A program made the translations under genes and the position numbers. From Mobula hypostoma (lineage: Eukaryota), in NCBI RefSeq assembly GCF_963921235.1, contig NC_086097.1, positions 79,114,001 to 79,178,000 on the forward strand: a stretch of DNA of 64,000 bases, in the 5' to 3' direction. Of the stretch, positions 1 to 12,084 are shown one piece after another (positions within the stretch are counted from its first letter, which is position 1; the number at the start of each line of letters is the position of its first letter). The notes beneath the pieces were generated by a model. The model saw only the letters and a list, made by a program, of their open reading frames with translations, was not told where the DNA came from and did no database searches.

Positions 1-1144
1 AATTCCTTTCCAACCAAATCTGACATACAAGTTTTAACTGAGTTTCAACACCATGTACAACATCCTGCAGATTTACAGATGCTTCAACAACATGAACACA
101 GGCAATTGGGCCTGCTTCCTCTTCCTCGCTTTCATCACTAGTCCCAGTTTCAAATTCCAATTTACCCTGATCATCCCAGCTACTCTCTTGGAAGCTCTCA
201 TTCAGGATAAATTTAACCTTGTAGGTTAAATCATACTCATCTGCCAGTCTAGCAGACTCCTGCAAAGTAGTAGCATCCTTTTCATCTAGGTACATCCTTA
301 CTTCATCAGGGACACAACTTTTAATTTCTTCAATCAAAATCAACTCCTTTAAGATGTTAATATCCTCATTCGCCCCTTTTGAGGTACACCAACGATTGAA
401 GTACTCATGTTTCTCATAGGCAAACTCCACATATGTTTGGTTCCCAGACTTCCTCAAATCTCTAAACTTTTGTCTGTACGCCTCCGGAACTAACTCGTAA
501 ATCTTAAGCACAGCTTCTTTCATTGTGTTATAATCAGCTGCCTCTTCAAGTGTCAGAGCAGAATACACTTGCTGGGCTTTCCCTTTAATTACACATTGTA
601 ACAAAACAGCCCACTGGTCCCTCGGCCACTGCCGATTCTGGGCCACTTTTTCAAAATGCAGGAAGTACTTATCAACTTCTGCTTCATCAAATGGAGGTAC
701 CAACTTAATTTCTCGACTGACACTAAACCTATCACCAAGGTCTGGCACTTGACCTCTTTGCTGCCATCTCTCCCCCTCGAACTCTGTCTGTTTTTCTGCC
801 TCTCTAGCATCATACTGCCTCTTCCTTTCTGCTTTGTCAACCTCAAGCTGTTTTAGTTGCAACTCATGCTGTCTTCGCCTATCCTCAGCCTCCATCTTGA
901 ATTTTTTTAGCTGAAGCTCAGCCTCAGTAGGTTTACCTTCAGCAAGCATTTCCAACACATCTTCATTAAACTCTCCCTTGGTTATAAAATGCTGTGCTAT
1001 TAACATCTGCATCTGTGCCTTCCTCATTTTAATGTTCGCCTTAAGCTTTAACTTTTGAGCAATTTCCCACAGCACAACCCTCTTAGCATCATCCAATACT
1101 TCAGAGGTTAGTTCTGCCAGAAACCTACAAACCTCAACCTCCAT
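1..1144 (-). CDS. Gypsy (Gmr1-like) gag with SCAN-like capsid region, partial (runs off window edge)
   Basis: ATG at 1144-1142, then 381 codons with no stop to position 1 (absent from the ORF track because it has no stop). Reads MEVEVCRFL...LVPPFDEAEVDKYFLHFEKVAQNRQWPRDQWAVLLQCVIKGKAQQVYSAL...YELVPEAYRQKFRDLRK...LILIEEIKSCVPDEVRMYLDEK...SARLADEY, typical of Gmr1-like/SCAN-related gag. Confidence 0.88.
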   Translation of the reverse strand, partial: MEVEVCRFLAELTSEVLDDAKRVVLWEIAQKLKLKANIKMRKAQMQMLIAQHFITKGEFNEDVLEMLAEGKPTEAELQLKKFKMEAEDRRRQHELQLKQLEVDKAERKRQYDAREAEKQTEFEGERWQQRGQVPDLGDRFSVSREIKLVPPFDEAEVDKYFLHFEKVAQNRQWPRDQWAVLLQCVIKGKAQQVYSALTLEEAADYNTMKEAVLKIYELVPEAYRQKFRDLRKSGNQTYVEFAYEKHEYFNRWCTSKGANEDINILKELILIEEIKSCVPDEVRMYLDEKDATTLQESARLADEYDLTYKVKFILNESFQESSWDDQGKLEFETGTSDESEEEEAGPIACVHVVEASVNLQDVVHGVETQLKLVCQIWLERN

Positions 1145-1260
1145 TGCTGCTGATTTCCCACTCAAGCAAATCAAAAGGGATTTTCCCAAATCAGATCGAC
1201 CATTAATCAATCAATTAAGCCCCCAAACAATTTTAAAATGGCTCCAAACAACTTGTTCAT

Positions 1261-1278
1261 ACCCCAGACGAGCTCCCA
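1261..1278 (-). promoter_or_regulatory. Primer-binding site, tRNA-Pro type
   Basis: Minus strand TGGGAGCTCGTCTGGGGT matches the canonical Pro PBS TGGGGGCTCGTCCGGGAT at 15/18 (all mismatches transitions), 6 nt inside the LTR end. Confidence 0.8.
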
Positions 1279-1284
1279 ATTAAA

Positions 1285-2562
1285 TGTTATACACGCAACC
1301 CTGTAGAAGTATCAGCAGCAATAGAACACACCTGGAGTCTGGTTCTGCTGTTAACAAAACACTATTTTAATAGTAACTATGTCATGTAGTAACTTAAACC
1401 AGGTAAATCAAGAGTTAATGGTGTTATGCAGATGTAGTTGAATATATATAAATCCCCAAACTTCTTCAAGCTTAGGTGGTAAGTGATACAGTCTCACGAT
1501 GGTGTGGTAAGAAAGTTCAGTTCAATCCTCAGGTTAATTAATGCGAGATATTTGTAATCCAAAGGCAAATATTGTGAGAAGGCAATTACGTCAATATTCC
1601 ACAGATTCCACGACAGCAATACAAAGTAACAATAGCAGTAGGTTTTATCTCCAGAGTTGTTCCACTCCACACATGAAGTATCACCAACAGTGATCTGCAA
1701 TAAATATCCTTTCAACACAAGTGGTACCACACCCGAATTCAGCTACGGGACATCCCAAAGTGGTGACCACAGGATACTCAAATCGAATCCACGTATGGAT
1801 TATCACCAACAGTAGCTTATCACAAAGGGGACCATCTTCAAGGGAACCACCACCCAGGCAAGGGTTGACACACCGGTAGGTTCCACACAGTTACTCCAAA
1901 CACACAACGTGACAGCCACTTATCCAGTTCCACGACATATGAAAATCAACAGTGATTTGCCACAGGGATGGCTCCTTCAGTGAACTACCAATGGGCAAAC
2001 AAACACGTGGTATTCACAAAAGTTTCCCCCACACCAGAGAACCCACTCCTGTGGATTAACTATGAGACAATCACACTTTCGTATTCAAATGGAATCAAAC
2101 TCACCCTAAGGGCTACTTGGAGAGAGTCCAAACAGTGACCTCTTTGTCACTAGGTTTCTTCTGTTTCAAACCTTCCTCTCCCCTCTTTCTCTGCCAACTT
2201 CTTCTAGTTACGGCACTTATGACAGTCAATTATCAATACTCTGGATCGATCTCAACTCACCCCTTTGGGCTACTGAAAGTTTAAACCAGCCACCGACTCA
2301 CTGGTGTCTTTCATTGACCGAATCCATCTTGACTCTGAACTGTGTGTGTCTGTAAGAGGACCATCTGACCCTGCTAATTCAATACAAGCTGCGAGAAACC
2401 ATAAATATTCATTGTCCATCAAATATCTCCATCTCTCTCTCCATAGGATCCAAGCAATTTTACAGTCAACAGAAATCCAACAGTGTCCAAAAGTCAGTTT
2501 CATTCTCTTGGCATTTTAAAGTGACAGTACACAGAAACAATGAACTCTAGGGGTACATAACA
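1285..2562 (-). mobile_element. 5' LTR (~1.28 kb) of the Gypsy element
   Basis: Inverted termini TGTTAT (1285) and ATAACA (2557-2562), followed on the minus strand by the PBS and gag; internal degenerate direct repeats. Confidence 0.75.
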
Positions 2563-2859
2563 ATTTGCACAACAAATTTAATATATAACAATGTCCCAGG
2601 ATACTTAATCAAGTAAAAACTGCACTCATATTATGTCACATAACCAAAAATCAGGTCATAAAAAGCAGATTTAAGGAAAAACTCAAAGAGCCTGTGAGAA
2701 AGAAATGTCCAATAGAGAAGATATAAGCAGCTGAATACATGGTTAGTATCCAAATAGTGATTTATTAGGAGATGATAAAGAACTGAGAAATCTGGGACTG
2801 GATCTGTTACAGAAATAAATACACTATGATTGTAACAAATTTTATTAAGATACATGTGG

Positions 2860-4825
2860 ACAAATATGTCCCAACAAAATCATTCCATCTTCCCAAGCAG
2901 AAGCCTTGGCAAACCAAGCGATTTGCAATCTGCTGAGGGCTGGATCGGTGGCACTCAGGACTGGTGATCTAGGAAAGTACAAGAGGTCCAGATATAACCT
3001 CCAGAAGGCCACTTCACATGGAAAGTCTCCATTTTAGACTAAACTTGAATCAGTAACAACTATGGCAGGGGTTAAATGCCATCACCTCCTACAAAGAAAA
3101 CCAAGCAACAGAAATGGCAACAAGATTTCACTTCCATGCTCCCTTTGACTAGTAGACCATGAAGACACCTTCACGAACTCCCACACCCCCCCCCCCCAAC
3201 ATCTCTGAGGCTGGCATGAGAGCATCCTTCAAGAGGGTGAATCCATGGAAAGCCTGTGGCCCAGACAGTGTACATGACCAAGTACAGAAGATCTGTGTTA
3301 ATTAACTGGATGGGGTATGTAAGGACATCTTCAAACTTTCACTTCAGCAGTCTGAGGTACCCATGTGCTTCAGACAGGTATCAATCATACCGACGCCCAA
3401 GAAGAACATGGTAACCTGCCTCAATAACTATTGTGCTGTGGCACTTACATCCACTCTGATGAAGAGCTTCGAGAGGTTGTTCATGAAGAATATCAACTCC
3501 TGCCTGAGGAGTGAACTAGATCTGCTCCAATTTGCCTATCATTACAACAGGTCAACAGCAGATGTCATTGTATTTCCCTTTACTCATCTTTGGAACTCCT
3601 AAAGAATAAAGATGCTCTTTATTGGGTACAGCTCAGCATTCAACACTAAGATCCCCTCAAAACTTATCACTAAGCTCCAAGACCTGGGCCTCGGTATCTC
3701 TCTGTGCAATGGGATCCTCAATTTCCTGACTAGTAGACCCCAGATAGTACAGATTGGCAACAACATCTCCTCCACGCTCATCGGTACACTACACTGCACT
3801 CTGCTCCACTCACTTCATGCTGATTAGATTGTGATATTAGATAGATTGTGTGGGTAAGTACAGTTCCAATCCTGTATTTAGGTTGGTTGATGATACCACT
3901 GTTATTTGCCAAATGTGGTGATGAATCAACATTTAGGAGGAGATTGCAGATCGGGCTGAGTGATGTCTTCACAACAACTTCATACTTAATGTCAGCAAAA
4001 TCAGAGAGCTGGTTATTGACTACAGGAGGAAGAAGCCGGAGCCAGTCCTCATCAGGGGAAAGGAGGTGGAGAGGATCTGTAGCATTACATTCCTTTGCAT
4101 TAACATTTCAGAGGATTTGTCCAGGAACCAGCACATAATTGTCATCACAAAGGAGGCACAACAGCCTTCTTTGTGATGACACTTATTCACCTCTATGAGT
4201 TTGCATGAATTTGCAATGTCACCAAACACTTTGACAAACTTCTATAGATGCACAGTGGAGTGTATCCTAGCTGGTTACATCATGGACTGTAATGGAAACA
4301 CCAATGCCCAAGAACAGAATAGGGTACAGAAAGTGGTAGATGCAGACCAGTCCATCACAGGAAAAACTCACCCCACCATTGAGTGTATTTACATGGAGCA
4401 CTGCCACAAGAAAGAAACGTCCATCATCAAAGACCCTCACCACCCAAGTCATGCCCTCTTCTTGCCACCACCATCAGGAAGAGGGTACAAAGATCTTGGG
4501 TCCCACACCACCAGGTTCAGAAACAACTATTACCCTACAACCATCAGGCTCCCCAACTGGCACGGATAACTTCATTCACCACTACTCTGAACTGCTATTA
4601 TGACCTACAGACTCACTTTGAAGGACTCTGTACAACCCATGCTCTCAGTATCATTTTTATTTGCACAGTTTGTCCTTTGCATATTGGTTGTCTGTCAGTC
4701 TGTGTTTATCATAAAATAGTACTGTATTTCCTTTTTCCTATAAGTTCCTGCAAGAAAATGAATCTCATGGTAGTATGTGGTAACATATACATACTTTGAT
4801 AATAAATTTACTTTGAACTTTGAAT
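2860..4825 (+). mobile_element. Rex1/Babar-like LINE, degraded RT and 3' end
   Basis: Frame-shifted RT pieces ([58 protein letters not shown]); 3' end AATAAA followed by TTTGAACTTTGAA. Confidence 0.85.
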
Positions 4826-5189
4826 AATGAGTGTCAAAGTCATGGAGGGATTTGAAAAAAAGAGTGAAAATTTTAAAATCAACATGTTATCTACTCAGGA
4901 GAAAATGTTAATTTGCAAGTGCAGTGGCATAGAACCTGGTGTGAGTTGGAATATGGGCTTTGGAATAACCTGGATTTATTGAACATAGGCCAAGGGAATC
5001 TAACCACTCCAATATTCCAGTCAAGAAATAACAAGAGCATTTTAGCATTTAAGAAATTGAGCTACAATTGGCTGGACAATGTCACACAAGTTTTCGTGAT
5101 CTTCTCAGCTCATCTCAGGATACAATGGAACACCAAGGTTGTAAACAAAATGTTGAAAGCATGAAGATGCACAGTTTGGAAAAACTGAA

Positions 5190-5367
5190 ATGAAAACAGA
5201 AAATGCAAGGAATACTTAGCAGATTGGCAACACTTGTGGAGAGAGAAATAGTGTTAAATCCTTATGTTGAAGATCTTTTTCTGATGAGTTCAGTTGAATG
5301 GTCATTGACCTGAAACATTAGTTCTGTTTCTCTGGCCTGCATAGTACTTCCAGAATGTTCTGTTTCA
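5190..5367. repeat. Imperfect palindromic (foldback) repeat related to Penelope termini
   Basis: AAAACAGAAAATGCAAGGAATACTTAGCAG at the left and CTGCATAGTACTTCCAGAATGTTCTGTTTC at the right form an inverted pair; decayed CTGATGA...CCTGAAAC core inside. Confidence 0.55.
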
Positions 5368-7734
5368 ATATGTATAAGATGAGATCCTGAAGGAAATTAT
5401 TGTTGCAAGGTTGCTCAGTCAGAAATATATACTTCAAAATACAAAATGTAAGCATTGAGGTACGAAAAAATTATAAAGAATGCATTAAAAAGTCATAGTG
5501 CAATGAAACCATATACTTACATACTTAAGGAGGAGGAGTTGTAGAGTCTTATAGCCACAGGAGGATAGAAGAAAGAAAGGAGGAATCAACAGCTAGGAGA
5601 CAGAGTTTATGGTAAGGATTTTTCTGATATTTAGTTGGATAAAATCTGCTGGAAAAGTTTTTACATTTGACCTTATTGGAGATTGAATCATTTAGCTTTG
5701 AAGAAAGCCTATTAAAATATATGACAGATTATATACAGTTCAATAGACCTTTTTTAATTAAATATTAAATATTGCTTTTCTCTTCTGACTCTGAATAAAT
5801 AAACCATACATATTTTACATAAGGTCAGTCATACAACTCAGAGTGGCCTTTGAATTAATCACTGAACTAAGAACTGATAACAGACGTGATCAAAGTCAGG
5901 ATTCAGCATTTACTCATGATGTCACCATTTTTCTCCTTTAGCTTTTATGAAATGTTTATATGTTTAACATATTTAAACCATTGCTCCATTACAAACCATT
6001 TTAACTGTCAAGTTCGAAAGTTTTAAAAATTTATCGGTAATTAATTAAGTTTTCCAAAACAGTTGAGTCACTATTTCTATGAGTGTAAATTGATGTTATC
6101 CAATTTGAGTACTTCTGCACTACAATTGCTATTTCAGACCCACTACAATGTGATCTGCATGTGGAGATGATTCACGTGTTTTGACCATTTATCAACCAAG
6201 TAATTATGTCAGATTTTAAACACCTAGGGACTAATTTCCAGTTAAAGCAAAACAAATGTTTCACTTTATCTTCAGCAATGCTGCTAACTTAAAGTGAAAT
6301 GGTCTTATTAGTATCAGTATGAAAGAAGAATCTTATAAATCTAATATATCAGAATCTGTTGTTAATATTCATGCAGACATAGCTCCAAATGGAAATATCC
6401 TCTTTATCAAGGTTATTACTTTTACAACAACAAGAGGTGGAAAAGTATCTCCTTTCTTCTTGGAAAAATTAGCAGCTATTGAATCAACATGAAAAAGAAG
6501 AATGAAGAACAATTTTGTAGACAGAGGTATAGAAGGAATGGCCAGTGCAAGAATAAAAGGAGCTGTTGGCATTTCTTTTAAAGTTATTAATAGTGAATCA
6601 ATGAGAGTTTCAAGCACAAGTAAAATTGGTTAAGGTACACCTAAGTACATCAGAATGATCGAAACAATGCAACTGTCCATGCAGGTAAAGATAACACTGG
6701 GAAAATTATATCATAAAACAGAGCAGTTGAACTTAAGAAAGAAAGATGGTAAATGTCACACTCTTCAGCAGCTGGGTGACACATGCAGCCAAATGTAATT
6801 GAAGAAATTTGGTATTATAGCCTGCAGAAGATGATTTGGCATTTGATATAAAGAGCCCAGTAATGAACAACCAGACAAAACATTGATTTCAAGTTCAGGT
6901 TTTTCAAAAAGGTCAAGATTTAGCTACTGTACAATAAGTTTTCATTTGTTGTTTGTCTGGATAAAGGAGTTTGTCTGGATAAAGGATTTGTGTCAGAAAT
7001 ACATCCATCTTCGCTCATGTCAAATGCTGACCAGGACTTTGAACCTTCATTTTTTTAAACTTTCTGTTCATTTTCTGTCATTAATTTTGCTTTAACATTA
7101 GATTCATAATTTTACATGATGAGTTTAACAAAAACATGAATTGCATTAGAAAACAGGAAAATAGAGAGGCTAGGAAATCAGAATTGCGTGTTGTACTACT
7201 GAAATGCATTAAAAAGTTTTTGAGTTGCCTTAAGTATTTTCCAGAACTCAAAAACACCCATTCTATTTTTTAGATGTTTAATTCACCCATGCTAATAAAT
7301 TTACACCATCTGTAAGGCCAATTTGATTTTTACATTTTTAGTAATGTCTCATTTTCATTTTATTGGAATTTTTAAAATAGTGTACTGAACAGAACCATTT
7401 AACCCATGGCACTTTCAGTTTTCCAATTATCTTGTCTATCATTATCAATGAAAAAGAACATTGATAGATATGACAGTTAAAGGACTTCATGAATCACCGT
7501 TTGCATAAAAAAATCTTAGATATATCCTTAATAATAAATTACACAGAATTTAAAAGCTAATTTGACTCAAAACAATAATCTGCATTTATGTAGAGCATCT
7601 ACAATAGATCTCACAGGATAATTAATAGACAGATTTGAAGCACAGAGGAGATATTAAAACAGGCAACAAAGTGAAAATATTTAAGTTAATAAGTTAACAA
7701 ATTCATAATTCCCCGTGTGTAAACCGCAATTCCC

Positions 7735-8010
7735 TCATCCCTGAGTCAGAAGCAGGGTAGTTTAGGAGTAGGAGTGGATATCAAACACCACTGAAGAAAC
7801 CCTGAGCTGACATTGAGAGACAGTAGAAGTGAGATTAAACTGAGTCCCAATCAGCTCTTTCAAGAGGATGTAAAAAAAGTATCATTTTGAAGAGCATAGG
7901 AGATAATCCCATTTCCCGCCAAATGTTTTTTTTCTCTCAGTCAACATCACCAAAATTGATTAATAACAGGTTATCAGTATACTAACATTGGTGGATGCTT
8001 GCTCTGAATC
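7735..8010 (+). mobile_element. Old DeuSINE-like SINE remnant
   Basis: GAGATTAAACTGAGTCCC...GGATGTAAAA...TTTGAAGAGCA...CTCAGTCAACATCACCAAA resembles the Deu central domain as recalled; not aligned. Confidence 0.5.
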
Positions 8011-9124
8011 ATAAATTACATCATTAGCTTCATTCAGTGACAGTATTTAATTGTACATAATGTTCTTTAAGGCATCATTGGGAGACATAACCTCAAATTT
8101 CCCTTCATTTTTTAATCTCTTGAGTATAGATACGACATGGGTTATCATACAATAACCTCAGCATTTCTGAAAATACTAAAATATATTTTCTCACTCATTT
8201 CCTTTAAGGATTTCACTGTTATCCCATCTGTCCGAGTGCTCTGTAAATACTTAGCTGCTCTCAGGTGACTTCTCTTATTTTCTCCTCAGTATTTAATGGT
8301 TCCTGCATGAGGGTTTAACTGGATGTAGAATTTTACAGTAAAATTAATTTAATACATCTGTGATTTCCTGATGTTCTCCCACATTATTTTTTAACCTGAG
8401 TTCTCCCTTACAAGAACTTACTGGTATTTTGCATCTATATAATTCATAGAAATGCTAACCCTTTAATTGTGTCAGTTTTATTTAAGACTCTTCATAACTT
8501 GTCTCAACAGCAATGTGGGAAGGCACTCAGTTACCCAGTTACACAGAATGGTAAGGAAGTATCCATCCTCAAGAATAGATTTCTAATGTCCATGACGTGC
8601 TCATAAATGTTGCATTGAAACTTAGGGATTGATGGGATAAGAGTTGTCACGGAACAAAAAGAGTTGTCGCTGTTCATGGCTGTCTACCATTGTGCCTCAA
8701 ACCTCTGTGACGGAGACAGATTTGTGTTTTCTTCTGAAACAAAGAGGATAAAACCAACAAATAAAACGCTGAATACACTTTTACAATACCATTCTATGTT
8801 CACATGTTGTACCATGTGCTTACAATAATGCTATGTTTGTCAGCCTAGTTGAAGGACTTTACATTTTCAGTTCTATATTAACATTTGTATTGAAAATCAA
8901 GGGAAAGTAAAAAAAAAGGCAGCAGAGTGCATTGCCCAATAGAATTAAAAACAAGGAAGTTTTAAAATATTTAAACTGATTGATCTGAAAAAGTTGTTGT
9001 ATTTGAATCACAAAATTAATTCTCACTTATAAAAAATTAATTACTGGAAGTGATTACATGATGAAAACTGATGCTTAATAAATCCAGGTTTGAGTCGGTT
9101 TACACAAACACAAATAATTTATTA

Positions 9125-9400
9125 TTTACTTATTGAGATAAAGCTTGGAGTAGGCCCTTCTGGCCCCTTGAAGCCACGCCACACAGCAACCCACCAAGGT
9201 AACCCTGACCTAATCACGGGACAATTTACAATGACCAACCGTTACGTCTTTGGAATGTGGGAGGAAACCAGAGCACTGGAGGAAACCCACACAGTCACTG
9301 GGAGAACATACAAACTGCTCTCCGTCAGCGGAGGGAGTTGAACCCGGGTCGCCTGTACTGTAAAGTGTTGTGCTAACCACTGCACCACTGTACCACCCAT
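9125..9400 (-). mobile_element. tRNA-derived SINE
   Basis: Minus strand head GGTGCAGTGGTTAGCAC...CCCGGGTTCAACTCC (A and B boxes), body GGGTTTCCTCCAGTGCTCTGGTTTCCTCCCACATTCCAAAGACG, CR1-like tail. Confidence 0.85.
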
Positions 9401-10342
9401 TGAGAGGCAAAAATTAAATATTGAAATGACAGCAACTACTCCCACCACATATTCTGTTTCCATAGCCACCAGATCTCAGTGCGTTGTAAGTCTGTGTGCA
9501 TTCTTGAACACTGGGCTGAGCTTTGGATCACATAGCCATTCACTAGCTGAGAAAAACAACTTGCGTGTATGCAGCACCACCCGATTTCACCTCTGCCTCA
9601 ACTCGTCTGGCACCGGAACTCTCCATATTTCTTCTGTTCACATATGAGAAGATGGAGACCATCCACCATGGTGGCTACAGTCCTTAGCAGGAAGTCAAGA
9701 ATTTTAACCCATTACTGATCAAGGAACAGAAAATCAGTACAAAATAACATTACATGTGACTTGGAAGACAATCTGCTGAAGGTAGTAAAATGCAAAAATT
9801 TTTGTTTTTGGTGATAGAGATCGATGATATGGTAGGTGGTGTTGATGACATTTTTGTCTTTGGTGATAGAGATCAATGATACAATAGGCAGTTTTGACGA
9901 ATTGCTGCCGCTGTGGATATTGAGGATGCTACATTTTATTTTCACAACTGGCTGGTAATAATAGTAATGAATGCTTATAATTGTCAGACAACTGTGTTCC
10001 TTTGTCCTGGATCATTGAATGGATCTCAAGTGTCATTGGAACAATGCCATCCAGAAAAATTGAGCATATTCCATCATTCTCCTGGATAGTGCTTGGATGG
10101 AAAGGCTTTTGGAATCAAGAATCGCAGCATGGCACATGATGCTGAGTGTCAGATCAGTTCTTAATGGTTGCTGTAGTTAGATAGCTTAACCAGTTAAGTT
10201 TCTTGTCAAGGTTGGCTCCCAACATGTTGGTGATGGAGGACTCAATTATGATATTGTCATACGAAGTCAATGGTAAGTTGTTAGATTCTCCCTTTATTCT
10301 TGTATATAATTATACATAGGGCCCCACAGATCATAAGATATA

Positions 10343-12080
10343 AAGTTCAAAGTTCAAAAAATTCATAGTCATAAGTAAATATATCATCAAAGTATGTCTA
10401 TGTTATGAGATACTGCAGTGAGATTCATCTTCTTGCAGATGTTTACAGATAAAAGAGAAACACTTACATTTTACTGCAAGCAAAGACTAACAAACACCAA
10501 TGTGCAAAAAGAAAACAACCCATGCAAATAAAGGTAATACTGAGAACCAAAATTGTAAAGAGTCCTTGGAAGTGAGTTTGTAGGTTACAGAATCAGTTCA
10601 GAGTAGTGGTGGTAGATGAAGTTATCCATACGGGTTCAGGAACCTGATGATTATAGGGTAACAAGGTTGACTATTCCTCAACCTGGTGGTGTGGGTCCTA
10701 AGCTACTGTAACTCCTACCTGATGGTAGTAGTGAGAAAAAGGCATGGCCCTTTTGGAATGCTGAGCCTACTGGGCCTGAACATCTCCCTCTGCAACTGGA
10801 TCCTAGACTTCCTGACTGGGAGACCTCAGTCAGTCCAGATTGGAAGCAGCATCTCCAACACCATCACACTGAGCATGGGGGCCCCCCAGGGCTGTGTGCT
10901 CAGTCCACTGCTGTCACTCTGCTGACCCACGACTGTGCTGCAACACACAGCTCGAACCACATCATCAAGTTCGCCGCTGACACGACCGTGGTGGGTCTCA
11001 TCGGCAAGAACAATGAGTCAACATACGGAGAGGAGGTGCAGCGGCTAACGGACTGGTGCAGAGCCAACAACCTGTCTCTGAATGTGAACAAAACAAAAGA
11101 GATGGTTGTTGACTTCAGGAGGACACGGAACGACCACTCTCCGCTGAACATCGACGACTCCTCCGTAGAGATCGTTAAGAGCACCAAATTTCTTGGTGTT
11201 CACCTGGCGGAGAATCTCACCTGGTCCCTCAACACTATCTCCATAGCAGAGAAGGCCCAGCAGCGTTTCTACTTTCTGCGAAGGCTGAGAAAAGTCCATC
11301 TCCCACCCCCCCCATCCTCGCCACATTCTACAGAGGTTGTATTGAGAGCATCCTGAGCAGCTGCATGACTGCTTGCTTCGGAAATTGCACCATCTTGGAT
11401 CACAAGACCCTGCAACGGATAGTGAGGTCAGCTGAGAAGATCATCGGGGTCTCTCTTCCCGCCATTACAGACATTTACACCACACGCTGCATCCGTAAAG
11501 CAAAAAAAAATTTATGAAGGACCCCACGCACCCCTCATACAAACTCTTCTCCCTCCTGCCATCTGGCAAAAGGCACCGAAGTATTCGGGATCTCACGACC
11601 AGACTATGTAACAGTTTCTTCCCCCAAGCCATCAGACTCCTCAATACCCAGAACCTGGACTGACACCAACCTACTGCCCTCTACTGTGCCTATTGTCTTG
11701 TTTATTATTTATTGTAATGCCTGTATTGTTTTGTGCACTTTATGCAGTCCTGGGTAGGTCTGCAGTCCAGTGTCATTTTGTGTTGTTTTTTACGTAGTTC
11801 AGTGTAGTTTTTGTATTGTTCATGTAACACCATAGTCCTGAAAAATGTTGTCTTGTTTTTACTGTATACTGTACCAGCAGTTATGGTCAAAATGACAATA
11901 AAAAGTGACTTGACTTGACTTGGCCTAGATGGTGGGGCTCTTTGATGATGGATGTTGTTTTTCGTGGCAGTGCTCCATATTAATGTATTCAATGGTGGGG
12001 ATGATGGTCTGGGGTGTATCCACCACTTTCTGTAGTCTTTTCTGTTCCTGGGCATTATTTTTTGTTCATAACAGGTCATG
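10343..12080 (-). mobile_element. Rex1-like LINE 3' end (host), interrupted by a younger LINE
   Basis: Tail AAAGTTCAAAGTTCAAA at ~10343. The host sequence GAGAAAAAGGCATGGCC (10733-10749) resumes as TAGATGGTGGGGCTCTTTGATGATG after 11925. Confidence 0.7.
10750..11921 (+). mobile_element. 5'-truncated Rex1/Babar-like LINE
   Basis: RT motifs [32 protein letters not shown] (catalytic DD mutated), KFLGVHL; tail AATAAAAAGT(GACTT)n; TGGCC flanks both ends. Confidence 0.9.
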
Positions 12081-12084
12081 ATGC

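Noticed and set aside
6369..6690. Purine-rich ORF-like stretch with a CAGGTAAAG donor-like site
   Set aside because: No recognisable protein similarity and no supported acceptor or partner exon.
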